From positions 1-53,441 of the forward strand of contig JBMLPQ010000092.1 in the NCBI GenBank assembly GCA_049242025.1: a stretch of DNA of 53,441 nucleotides, in the 5' to 3' direction. Below are positions 18,592 to 27,322 of the stretch, piece after piece. Positions within the stretch are counted from its first letter, which is position 1; each line of letters starts with the position of its first letter. The stretch is from Sediminibacterium sp. Its GTDB lineage: Bacteria; Bacteroidota; Bacteroidia; Chitinophagales; Chitinophagaceae. The notes under the pieces are model-generated. The model was not told the origin of the DNA. It did not search any database and saw only the letters and a program-made list of their open reading frames with translations. The position numbers were made by a program, and so were the translations under genes.

Positions 18592-20577
18592 TTAATTAGT
18601 TGGGATAATATCTATGATCACTGTCCTATTATAAAATCGCTCTTCTGGATATTTATTTTCAAATGGTGCATTGGCAACTTCTGCACCAAAGCCATACACT
18701 TCAAATTTAACATCGCGTTTACCCAAACGATTGGTGGCACGCTCCAATATTATTTTAGTTGTTTCAGCTCTATTATGAGACAATTGGTGATTGTATTTTT
18801 CGTCACCAATGATATCTGTATGGCCGTGAATAATAGCAGTCCCATTATCGGGAATTAAAGGTGCTACTACTTCAGTAAGAAACTTTTCATATGCTGCTAT
18901 TGCATCTGATTTATCAAAATCAAATAATATGCTGTAACGTAATCCTTCTTGTTTTAAACTTTCAGACTTAGCTACACTAACAGAACTCTCTCTTTTGATT
19001 ACTTCACCTGCTTTAGTAGTTCCAAACATGGTTACTTGATAATTTTTAGAGGCATTGTTTCCAAGAATTGTTTTTCCAGGAACAGAACCCTGGTCTAAAT
19101 AATAAGGACCATAATTTTGTACTACACCCGCTTCATCCTTTAATTCTACTGTCCAAGAATTCAATAACGTTGTAGCGCCCTTATTTGTAAATATCACATA
19201 AGTATCTAATGGGTCTTCCTGATAAGATTTAATTTGAACAGGCTTTAGAAAAGATGATCTAGCACCACCTACTTCTAACAGCATTTCCGAAGAATTACTG
19301 GTAATATCTACTCTTCTATCCCCTTCCCTTAATAGATCTAATTCTTTGGTTCCTCCAGGTTGCTCAGAAGGAATAACCGGTTTATCTCTTCCTTCAGTTG
19401 TAATTCTTGATGAAGCAATATCATAATTGTTTACTAAATACTGCTTAATATTCTCTGCCATCAATCTACCTTCTGCAGGATCTTTATCGGCTGCACCGGT
19501 TAATACAATAGAAGTATTGGGATTATTTCGCATTCTATCGCCCATAATGTTTAAAATATTGTAATACACATTTAGTTGTCGTGCAGACCTTCCATTATTC
19601 AAATTACTTGGCTGTTGCTCTTGTAAAGCCGATTCTTTAAAATCAACTGAAGCTGTTTTATCTAGTTGAATATATCTTGAAGGAATTGCACTTGAACCCA
19701 TGTTAAAAAAGACCGAGTTGCGCAAAGGAAACATTTCTTTGACCTGTCTTTCAGCAGGCACAATTTTAGGTGCCCTAACAGAAAATTGAAGGTTAGATTC
19801 TTTCACAGTTACTATCCTCACTACTTCCACAGGTGCCAAAGGCGTTTGTTTCAATGCTGCTGGTGCAGCAATTTTTCCAAACTTCAATGCAAGACCAGCT
19901 CTAATGGTATACATATCCCATGTTTCTACTGTTCTTGGTGCTTGAAATAAATTGGTTTGAAAAGAAGCAAAAGGAGAAAGCGTAACCTGACTTGGATTGG
20001 TTTTTTTAGATAATGGAATGTCAATACCAGCACCTGCTTGTGCAGATATCATTGTTTTTCTGATATCACTAAAGTCTCCTCTTTGGTCTATTTGTTTATC
20101 TTGAACATAAACAAAATCTTTATTGATATTGATACCAATAGTAGGGCCAGCAAATAAATAGAATGCAGAGGAAAATGGCGCTAATCTTAAACTAGGCTCA
20201 ATAGAAAAATAACTCAAATTGGTTGACAAATCAGCAGGGCAATTACAAGGCGCCATTACTTGATTAAATCGAGCACTACGGTTATCATAAGCTAAGTTTA
20301 GCATCAACCCAACTACTTTATTTGGGCGATACTCCAATAAGAAAGAAGCATAAGGTCTCACGCTTTTACCTTTATGAAATGCAGTAGGTACCGTAGTAGC
20401 TGCATTCAACATTTGGGTTGTTCCATTGTACTGATTAATATTAGCCGCTACAGAATATCCAAACCACCACTTAGGCTGTACTCGTTTTTCTGTTTGTGCT
20501 AATATTATGGTGTAGCTGATGAGTAATCCAAACAACAAGAAGACTGTTTTTGAATGATTATTTTTGAAGTGTATCAT
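18592..20577 (-). CDS. outer-membrane protein: N-terminal beta-barrel plus two OmpA-like peptidoglycan-binding domains
   Basis: Signal peptide; barrel ending IRAGLALKFG; degenerate OmpA domain (DRRVDI); canonical ILFDFDK..HGHTD.IG..YN..LS.NRA..NRTV. Confidence 0.85.
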   Translation of the reverse strand: MIHFKNNHSKTVFLLFGLLISYTIILAQTEKRVQPKWWFGYSVAANINQYNGTTQMLNAATTVPTAFHKGKSVRPYASFLLEYRPNKVVGLMLNLAYDNRSARFNQVMAPCNCPADLSTNLSYFSIEPSLRLAPFSSAFYLFAGPTIGININKDFVYVQDKQIDQRGDFSDIRKTMISAQAGAGIDIPLSKKTNPSQVTLSPFASFQTNLFQAPRTVETWDMYTIRAGLALKFGKIAAPAALKQTPLAPVEVVRIVTVKESNLQFSVRAPKIVPAERQVKEMFPLRNSVFFNMGSSAIPSRYIQLDKTASVDFKESALQEQQPSNLNNGRSARQLNVYYNILNIMGDRMRNNPNTSIVLTGAADKDPAEGRLMAENIKQYLVNNYDIASSRITTEGRDKPVIPSEQPGGTKELDLLREGDRRVDITSNSSEMLLEVGGARSSFLKPVQIKSYQEDPLDTYVIFTNKGATTLLNSWTVELKDEAGVVQNYGPYYLDQGSVPGKTILGNNASKNYQVTMFGTTKAGEVIKRESSVSVAKSESLKQEGLRYSILFDFDKSDAIAAYEKFLTEVVAPLIPDNGTAIIHGHTDIIGDEKYNHQLSHNRAETTKIILERATNRLGKRDVKFEVYGFGAEVANAPFENKYPEERFYNRTVIIDIIPTN

Positions 20578-20607
20578 AAAATATATTTAAATAAATAGTT
20601 AGATAGT

Positions 20608-23364
20608 TTATTGAACATTAATGGTTGTGTTCACTAATGTTACAGATGCGTTTAAGGAAAGTGCTCTACCGTTTAATACAGTTTGAGTTGCGTTACCTGC
20701 TGTTGAAAAAGTAACACCTGCATAAGCGATGATTGTTCCTACCATTACTCCACCACCTGCTCCATTAATGGTTGCTGCACTTCCTACATGCCAAAAAACA
20801 TTTTTAGGTTGCCCGCCGTTAATCATGATAACTGATTTTGCGCCTGAGGGTCCTGCAATACCTACAGTTAAACCTGCAGCTGTTTGAAATACCCATACAG
20901 CATTCGGATCTCCTTGCGCATCAAGTGTTAGATTTCCATTACTGATGTTGAAGGTCCCACTTGCAGACTTATAAATACCTGGCGCAAGTGTTAATCCACC
21001 TAATTCTCCTGCTCCAGGATCAATACCACCTGGTTTAGCTGCTGGCGCTGTACTTAGGTATAATGCATTAGCATCAGCTAACCCCTGTGCTGCAATAACC
21101 GCCGAAGCTGCAGAACCTGGTGCTGGTGGTGCCGTATGGATTCTACCATTTACTCTTCCGATATTTAATGGAGTTTCTGTATATACGTCTCCTGTAATCA
21201 TATCATTAAAACCAGTAATTAAAGTAGAAGCGGCAGTTGTACCAATACCTCCATTATTAATCACAGTATTTACTCCTTGATTGGTAATTCCTGCGCTTCC
21301 ACCAAATACGCCAAACACAATTAATGTAGGAGGAATTACTGGAGGAATTACCACTGGAAGTAGGGTAGTAAATGTCCAGATATAATTACTAGCGATTGTA
21401 TTACCAGCAACATCCTTAGCTGCAGTTGTAATTGTACCAGTGTATATTGTATTCTCTGCAAGATTACTTGTAGGTACAAAAGTTGCTACAACTCCTGTAT
21501 AAGAAACAGCACCAGGAATAAGGGTAGAACCATTTTTTATTAAGAAGCTAGTATTACTAATAGAACTAGGATCCATATTTTCACTAAAAGTTGCAGTAAT
21601 CACCTTATTTAAAAGCACGCCTGTTGCACCATTAGAAGGGTCTGTAGAGAGCACTGTTGGTTTAATGATATCTGCTAATGGAAGAGTAGTAAAAGTCCAA
21701 CTATAATCAGTTGCCAATGTATTACCAACCACATCCTTAGCTGCAGTCGTAATTGTTCCCGTATACAAAGTATTGTTAGCAAGATTATTAGTAGGAACAA
21801 AAGTTGCTACACGGCCTGAGAATGTAACTGTGCCAGGAACATTTGTAGAACCATTTTTTACTAAGAAGCTAGCATTACTTATAGAACTAGGATCCATGTC
21901 TTCGCTAAACGTTGCAGTAATCACCTTATTTAACAGTACATTGGTTGCACCATTAGTAGGGTCTGTAGAAAGCACTGTTGGTTTAATGATATCTATAGTA
22001 GTAAAATTCCAATTGTAATCCACTGCCAATGTGTTACCTACCACGTCTCTAGCACCAATGGTAATTGTTGCCGTATATAAAGTACCGCTAGCAAGATTAC
22101 TTGTAGGAACAAAAGTTGCTACACGACCTGTGTATGTAACTGTTCCAGGAATAGTTGCGGATCCATTTTTTACCAAGAAAGTGCTGTTATTTATAGAAGT
22201 CGAATCCATATTCTCACTAAATGTTGCCGTAAGCACTTTGTTTACTGGCACACTCAAAGTTCCGTTGGTAGGATCAGTAGCTATTACTGTTGGTCTTATT
22301 GCATCCAATAAAACACCTGTTCTAAATGTCCAAGTATAATTACTTGCAGTTGCATTTCCAGAAGAATCTCTAACCCCTGTAGTTATGGTAGCGGTATATA
22401 AAGTGTTCGGGAGCAATAAAACGGAAGGTTTAAATGCGGCAGTGTTACCTGTATAAGTAATTGCTCCTGATATTGGAGTTGTTCCATCACTCAATAAGAA
22501 AGTAGCTGAATTCATGGTGAAAGGATTCATTACTTTACTAAAGCTTGCCGTAATTACTTTATTCAACATAACATCTGTTGCTCCATCTTCTGGACTAGTT
22601 GATACAACAATAGGAATTGTACCTGTTGCAAAACTCCAAGTATAATCCGCAATCATTGCATTGCCAGCTAAGTCTTTAGACGTTTTAACAATTGTAGCAG
22701 TATAAACCGTATTCTCTAAGAAAGGAGCAATAGGAGTAAATGTAGCAGTAGTTCCACTATAAGTAACAACGCCTGCAATAAGTGTAGTTCCTTGCTTTAA
22801 AATAAAACTATTAGAATTGATAGTTGCTGCATTCATGGCAGTACTAAATGTTGCTGAAATGATTTTTATGAGCCCAACATTTGCAGCATTACTGACTGGA
22901 TCAGTTGAAACAACAGTTGGAACAGCACCTGTATTAAAGGACCATACGTAATTTTGAATCATCGAACTTTTTAAATTATCCTTTGCTCCCATAGTAATCG
23001 TTGCCGTGTATACTGTATTACTTTTTAGGGGTACTGAAGGAGTAAAGCTGGCCGTACTGCCAGTGTAACTAACAGTACCAGAAACCAAAACAGTTCCCTC
23101 TTGCAATAAGAATGTACTATTATTAATAGTAGCTGGATTCATTGGCACATTAAATGTTGCTGCAATTACTTTAGTAGTAGGTACGTTAATTGCACCCGCA
23201 ATAGGATCCGTTGCTATTACTTCAGGGCAAAGTGCAATGGTACCTGTTTCTTCCACTCCTTTTTTGCAACCCACACTAAATAATAAGAAGACCATCAATA
23301 ATGTTATGGTCGGACTAAAGAGTGTCTTTAGTCTTTTCGGTAAAAATGTAAAAGTGCTTTTCAT
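20608..23364 (-). CDS. lipoprotein with six Ig-like (Big_5) repeats and a C-terminal DUF3494 ice-binding-like domain
   Basis: SVGC lipobox; six PxVxxTxP..ATFS..M..YxWxFxT repeats; ELGGLTLAPGIY, LTLDAQGDPNAVWVFQ, NVFWHVGSAATI, NGRAL. Confidence 0.9.
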   Translation of the reverse strand: MKSTFTFLPKRLKTLFSPTITLLMVFLLFSVGCKKGVEETGTIALCPEVIATDPIAGAINVPTTKVIAATFNVPMNPATINNSTFLLQEGTVLVSGTVSYTGSTASFTPSVPLKSNTVYTATITMGAKDNLKSSMIQNYVWSFNTGAVPTVVSTDPVSNAANVGLIKIISATFSTAMNAATINSNSFILKQGTTLIAGVVTYSGTTATFTPIAPFLENTVYTATIVKTSKDLAGNAMIADYTWSFATGTIPIVVSTSPEDGATDVMLNKVITASFSKVMNPFTMNSATFLLSDGTTPISGAITYTGNTAAFKPSVLLLPNTLYTATITTGVRDSSGNATASNYTWTFRTGVLLDAIRPTVIATDPTNGTLSVPVNKVLTATFSENMDSTSINNSTFLVKNGSATIPGTVTYTGRVATFVPTSNLASGTLYTATITIGARDVVGNTLAVDYNWNFTTIDIIKPTVLSTDPTNGATNVLLNKVITATFSEDMDPSSISNASFLVKNGSTNVPGTVTFSGRVATFVPTNNLANNTLYTGTITTAAKDVVGNTLATDYSWTFTTLPLADIIKPTVLSTDPSNGATGVLLNKVITATFSENMDPSSISNTSFLIKNGSTLIPGAVSYTGVVATFVPTSNLAENTIYTGTITTAAKDVAGNTIASNYIWTFTTLLPVVIPPVIPPTLIVFGVFGGSAGITNQGVNTVINNGGIGTTAASTLITGFNDMITGDVYTETPLNIGRVNGRIHTAPPAPGSAASAVIAAQGLADANALYLSTAPAAKPGGIDPGAGELGGLTLAPGIYKSASGTFNISNGNLTLDAQGDPNAVWVFQTAAGLTVGIAGPSGAKSVIMINGGQPKNVFWHVGSAATINGAGGGVMVGTIIAYAGVTFSTAGNATQTVLNGRALSLNASVTLVNTTINVQ
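21360..23230 (-). repeat. six tandem ~100-107 aa Ig-like coding repeats
   Basis: Repeats 4-6 are similar at DNA level, e.g. AGCACTGTTGGTTTAATGATATCT at 21650 and 21971 (321 bp apart). Confidence 0.85.
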
Positions 23365-23384
23365 ATTTTGAAAAATTAATTACC

Positions 23385-23528
23385 CAAATTTTCAAATTTT
23401 AAAAAGCGAACTACTTACACAATTGATACTGTTAATTACAAAAATCACAGAAAAAAAATAAACATGTGAATGATGTAATGAATAAGACAAATAGTATAAT
23501 ATCTAATCAACTAAAATTGCCAACCTTG
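23385..23528. promoter_or_regulatory. mirror-image divergent promoters with shared putative AraC operators
   Basis: - strand: TGTGATTTTTGTAA(23449-36)-N16-TGTAA-N22-AAAATTTG. + strand: TGTGAATGATGTAA(23465-78)-N16-TATAA-N21-CAACCTTG. Confidence 0.6.
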
Positions 23529-23551
23529 CATTCATTACTAGAAAAAAAATT

Positions 23552-24040
23552 ATGAAAAAGAACATTTTAATTGTAGCAATTATTTTATGTGCTGTTAGCA
23601 TATATTCTACTACCAATGCACAATCTTACAAGACCGGCTTAGGTTTAAGGTTTGGAGGATTAACCAGTGGATTAACTTTAAAGCATTTTACTAATCAAAC
23701 AACTGCATTAGAAGGAATAGTCAGTTTAGGTAGACAAAGTGTAGTTGTAACAGGTCTTTATGAAAAGCATGCACCATTAGGTGGAGCTGGTAGTGCAAAA
23801 ATATTTTATGGTTTTGGAGGCCACCTCGGATTTTTCCAAGATGGTGGTAGATATTATTATAATGATAATAGGATCTATACCGCTTCTACCGTAGTAGGTA
23901 TTGATGGAATACTTGGATTAGACTTTAAACTAAATAAAGCCCCCATCAATATTAGTATGGACATTAAACCATTTGTTGACTTTTTTGGAGGCAACTATTT
24001 TTATATGGATGGAGGTCTTAGTGTAAGATATACGTTTTAA
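23552..24040 (+). CDS. small outer-membrane beta-barrel protein
   Basis: Signal peptide ending TNA/Q, alternating Gly/aromatic strands, C-terminal VRYTF. Confidence 0.78.
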   Translation: MKKNILIVAIILCAVSIYSTTNAQSYKTGLGLRFGGLTSGLTLKHFTNQTTALEGIVSLGRQSVVVTGLYEKHAPLGGAGSAKIFYGFGGHLGFFQDGGRYYYNDNRIYTASTVVGIDGILGLDFKLNKAPINISMDIKPFVDFFGGNYFYMDGGLSVRYTF

Positions 24041-24047
24041 TATCCAA

Positions 24048-25340
24048 TTATCTTAAAGTACTGGCATCAACTCTTGTGGGAGTCTCTTTTCCACTGATGA
24101 TTCCTCTAGCACTTAAAGCAATAGATCGGATGATCTGAGTCATATTCGGAATATCGATGGTACTTAGTTCATCCGATGCTTTATGATAATAAGGGTCTAC
24201 ATCAATTTTAGTAGTTGAAATAGTATGAGCGGGCACACCCAATCTAGCTAATGTAGCATTGTCTGAACGATAAAATAAATTCTGACTAGTGTAAGGATCA
24301 GGATAGAAAGTAAAGTTGGTTCCTGCTAAATTTCCTTGCAAAATTTTACCCATATCCGTTTTCTCATATCCTGTAATAAAAGCACTGTTTTTACCCCACT
24401 TACTTTCACTACCAATCATTTCAATATTGAACATGGCTTTTACATCCAAAGGATTGAACTGCTTTGAAAAATATTGAGAACCAAATCCACCCACTTCTTC
24501 TGCCGTAAATGCAACGAAAATTAAAGTACGTTCATTGTTTTTTGCAGCAGCATAATATTTTGCCAATAACATCATTGCTGTGGTTCCTGCAGCATCATCA
24601 TTGGCTCCATTATAAATAGAATCATTATTCACCATATTTCTGGTATTGATTCCTAAATGGTCGTAATGACCTGAAAAAATCACGTATTCATTCGGCAATT
24701 TTTTTCCAGGAATCATGCCCACTACATTGGCCAAAGGCATTTCTTGAATTTCGTGCTTCGCATCAATGGTTACCGACTTTATAGCAGTTTCAGAAGTCAA
24801 GATAAATACAACCGACTTATCAGCATAAAACATATTTCCTTTTAACTGAGCCAACCTTCCGAAACTACTAGTAAAAGAAGTGTCAACTAGAACAATCATA
24901 TTTTTTGTTAATCCACTGTATTTGCGTGCCTCTCCAAATAAATTGGCTCCTTTTGCAATAACAGCCACTTCATAACCTGATTTTTCAGTAACCTGTAACT
25001 CTTTACTACAGGTTACAGCTATGATTTGCTTGGTATCTAAAGCCGATTCATTGAGCATGCCAGAAGCACTAACAAACTTTGGTCTAATCATAGCAAAAGA
25101 CTGCAGAAAACTATTACTTCCTTTTAAAGGTTGTATGCCATAAGATTTAAATTCAGCAGCAATGAATGCAGCTGCCTTATCTATCCCTTTAGTGAAAGTT
25201 CTTCTACCCTCCATTTCATCGGAAGCCAATGTACCAAGTACTCTTTGCACTTCGGCATCTGTAATAATCGTTTGTAAGTCTTGTGCCTTAACAGCTACCA
25301 TCAATCCCAACAAACAAAAGGAAACAAAAAACTTTTTCAT
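24048..25340 (-). CDS. M28 family peptidase
   Basis: LASDEMEGR, SGHYDHLG, NGANDDAAG, FTAEE, RSDN, YYH. Confidence 0.92.
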   Translation of the reverse strand: MKKFFVSFCLLGLMVAVKAQDLQTIITDAEVQRVLGTLASDEMEGRRTFTKGIDKAAAFIAAEFKSYGIQPLKGSNSFLQSFAMIRPKFVSASGMLNESALDTKQIIAVTCSKELQVTEKSGYEVAVIAKGANLFGEARKYSGLTKNMIVLVDTSFTSSFGRLAQLKGNMFYADKSVVFILTSETAIKSVTIDAKHEIQEMPLANVVGMIPGKKLPNEYVIFSGHYDHLGINTRNMVNNDSIYNGANDDAAGTTAMMLLAKYYAAAKNNERTLIFVAFTAEEVGGFGSQYFSKQFNPLDVKAMFNIEMIGSESKWGKNSAFITGYEKTDMGKILQGNLAGTNFTFYPDPYTSQNLFYRSDNATLARLGVPAHTISTTKIDVDPYYHKASDELSTIDIPNMTQIIRSIALSARGIISGKETPTRVDASTLR

Positions 25341-25352
25341 ATTTCAATAAAT

Positions 25353-26084
25353 TTATAAACTCATCATTTCTTTAAATTTCACCGTTTGTCTACGGCTTAC
25401 TTCAATTTTTTCACCTCCTTTTAAATCTAGGATTAATCCTCCATTAAAATAAGGTTCAATTTTTTCAATCCATCTTAGGTTAATAATATGTTTTCTATTG
25501 GCCCTAAAAAACATTCTATCATCCAAACGCTCTTCTAATGCATTCAATGATTTTAATATCAAAGGCTTATTTGTTCCAAAGAATACTTTGGCATAATTAC
25601 CTACACTTTCAAATAATCTAATTTCACCCAACTTCACAAACCAACAACGTTCACCGTCTTTTACAAAAACCTGATCTTGCTCGGTAAGTGGGCCTCTGTT
25701 GTTTCCACTTAAGCCAATTTTTTCTTTGAATAATTCTGCTTGCAATTTTTGAATAGCATCAGATAGACGCTTTGGCTCTATGGGTTTCAATAAATAATCC
25801 AAGGCATTTACTTCAAAAGCTTTAATGGCATATTCATCGTAAGCAGTAGTAAATATTACTTTAGGGGCCTTCTCTACTTCGGCCAATAAATCGAAACCCG
25901 TTTTACCAGGCATTTGAATGTCTAAAAAAATTAAGTCTGGGTTCAGCGTTTCAATTTTTTCTATACCCTCGTCTACGTTGGCTGCCTCATCAATCACTTC
26001 AATATCACCATGGTCCTGCAACAATTTTTTTAATTCATTTCTTGCCAATCGTTCATCATCAATAATAATTGCCTTAATTGCCAT
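25353..26084 (-). CDS. LytTR family response regulator
   Basis: IIDDE, FLDIQMP, TTAYD, YLLKP receiver domain; LytTR FFRANRK..VSRR. Confidence 0.93.
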   Translation of the reverse strand: MAIKAIIIDDERLARNELKKLLQDHGDIEVIDEAANVDEGIEKIETLNPDLIFLDIQMPGKTGFDLLAEVEKAPKVIFTTAYDEYAIKAFEVNALDYLLKPIEPKRLSDAIQKLQAELFKEKIGLSGNNRGPLTEQDQVFVKDGERCWFVKLGEIRLFESVGNYAKVFFGTNKPLILKSLNALEERLDDRMFFRANRKHIINLRWIEKIEPYFNGGLILDLKGGEKIEVSRRQTVKFKEMMSL

Positions 26085-26107
26085 AACTGCTCATTGTATT
26101 ATTGTGG

Positions 26108-27166
26108 TTAAGCCGGCACACCTTGTACTGGCATAATAATTTTTGCTTCTACTATATTATTCATAGCTGCTTCAATGGTAAAGCTCGCCTTGTTACCAAA
26201 TAGTAATTTCAATCTACTTCTTGTACTATTTAAACCAAACCCTTCTGCGTCGGGAATTTCGGCAATTGTTCCCGAATTCTGTACAATTAATTCGTGATGA
26301 GATTGTCTAAAATCAGAAATTATTTTAATGGTACCGCCTTCTTTTGATTTGCTAATACCGTGTTTAATGGCGTTTTCCACTAAAGTTTGCAACATCATTG
26401 GGGGTATAGGTTGATCTAAAGTGTCTTCATCAATATCATACTCCACATTTAATCGATCTTCAAAACGGATATGTTCTAAAGCCAAATAATCTTTTACAAT
26501 ATTCAATTCTCTTTCAAAAGGAACTGTTTCTTGTTTTTCAGCCTGCATACTGCTTCTCAACAAATTACTCAGTTCTGTAATAGCTGTTCTAGCCCTTACT
26601 GGATTTTCGTCTACCAATGCTCTAATACTATTGAGGGCATTAAAAATAAAATGGGGATTAATATGGCTTTTAATGGTTTTCAACTCCATCTCTTTTACCA
26701 AGCTTTCCAATTTTATTTTCTGAAATTCAGTTTTAGTTCCTAATTCTATATAGTGCCATAGGTAATAAATAGAAACCCAAACCAATATCAAAGGAGAATC
26801 GGATACCAGATTCACTAAAAATCGTTTGTCTACAGAAACCTTTGTTTTAGGATTATATAAGTGCAGCCATTCCGCAATTGCTGAATTTGTCAGGTTAAAA
26901 AGGACCAAAATCAACATCAGAACCCCTGTAAACTGTACCCATTTTTTTGATAATTCAGGAGGCAATAGATTGAACAGCTTGATTAGCTCTCTTAAAACAT
27001 GAGTAAAAAATAAACCAGAAATAATGATTACTAATAGCTTGGGATAGAAAATGCTATTGATTTTGCTATCAAAAACAAAGGCAAAAAACACCATTGTTAG
27101 GCCATAGAGCAGCCAGCCGCCTAATTGACACCACCAATATAGTATTGCTTTACGTTTTATTCTCAT
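26108..27166 (-). CDS. LytS-type sensor histidine kinase
   Basis: N-terminal TMs, INPHFIFNALNSI, QTLVENAIKHG, GFGL. Confidence 0.92.
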   Translation of the reverse strand: MRIKRKAILYWWCQLGGWLLYGLTMVFFAFVFDSKINSIFYPKLLVIIISGLFFTHVLRELIKLFNLLPPELSKKWVQFTGVLMLILVLFNLTNSAIAEWLHLYNPKTKVSVDKRFLVNLVSDSPLILVWVSIYYLWHYIELGTKTEFQKIKLESLVKEMELKTIKSHINPHFIFNALNSIRALVDENPVRARTAITELSNLLRSSMQAEKQETVPFERELNIVKDYLALEHIRFEDRLNVEYDIDEDTLDQPIPPMMLQTLVENAIKHGISKSKEGGTIKIISDFRQSHHELIVQNSGTIAEIPDAEGFGLNSTRSRLKLLFGNKASFTIEAAMNNIVEAKIIMPVQGVPA

Positions 27167-27322
27167 GACTTACAAAGCTAAATATAGCTAAGTGCCTGAA
27201 AAGGAACAAATTGGATTAAAGGCAAATTCAGCTTCTGGTTGGCTTAAAATAATGTACTTGAAGGATGAACCTTCCTTTTTATCGGATGTTATTGTATTTT
27301 TACTACTTAAAATAACTAGTAC

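Noticed and set aside
21360-22300. Regularly spaced DNA repeats as a possible CRISPR array
   Set aside because: The period is about 310-320 bp, they lie in frame within a CDS, and there are no cas genes.
1034-24040. Accessory block as a mobile element or prophage
   Set aside because: I found no integrase, transposase, tRNA target or flanking direct repeats.
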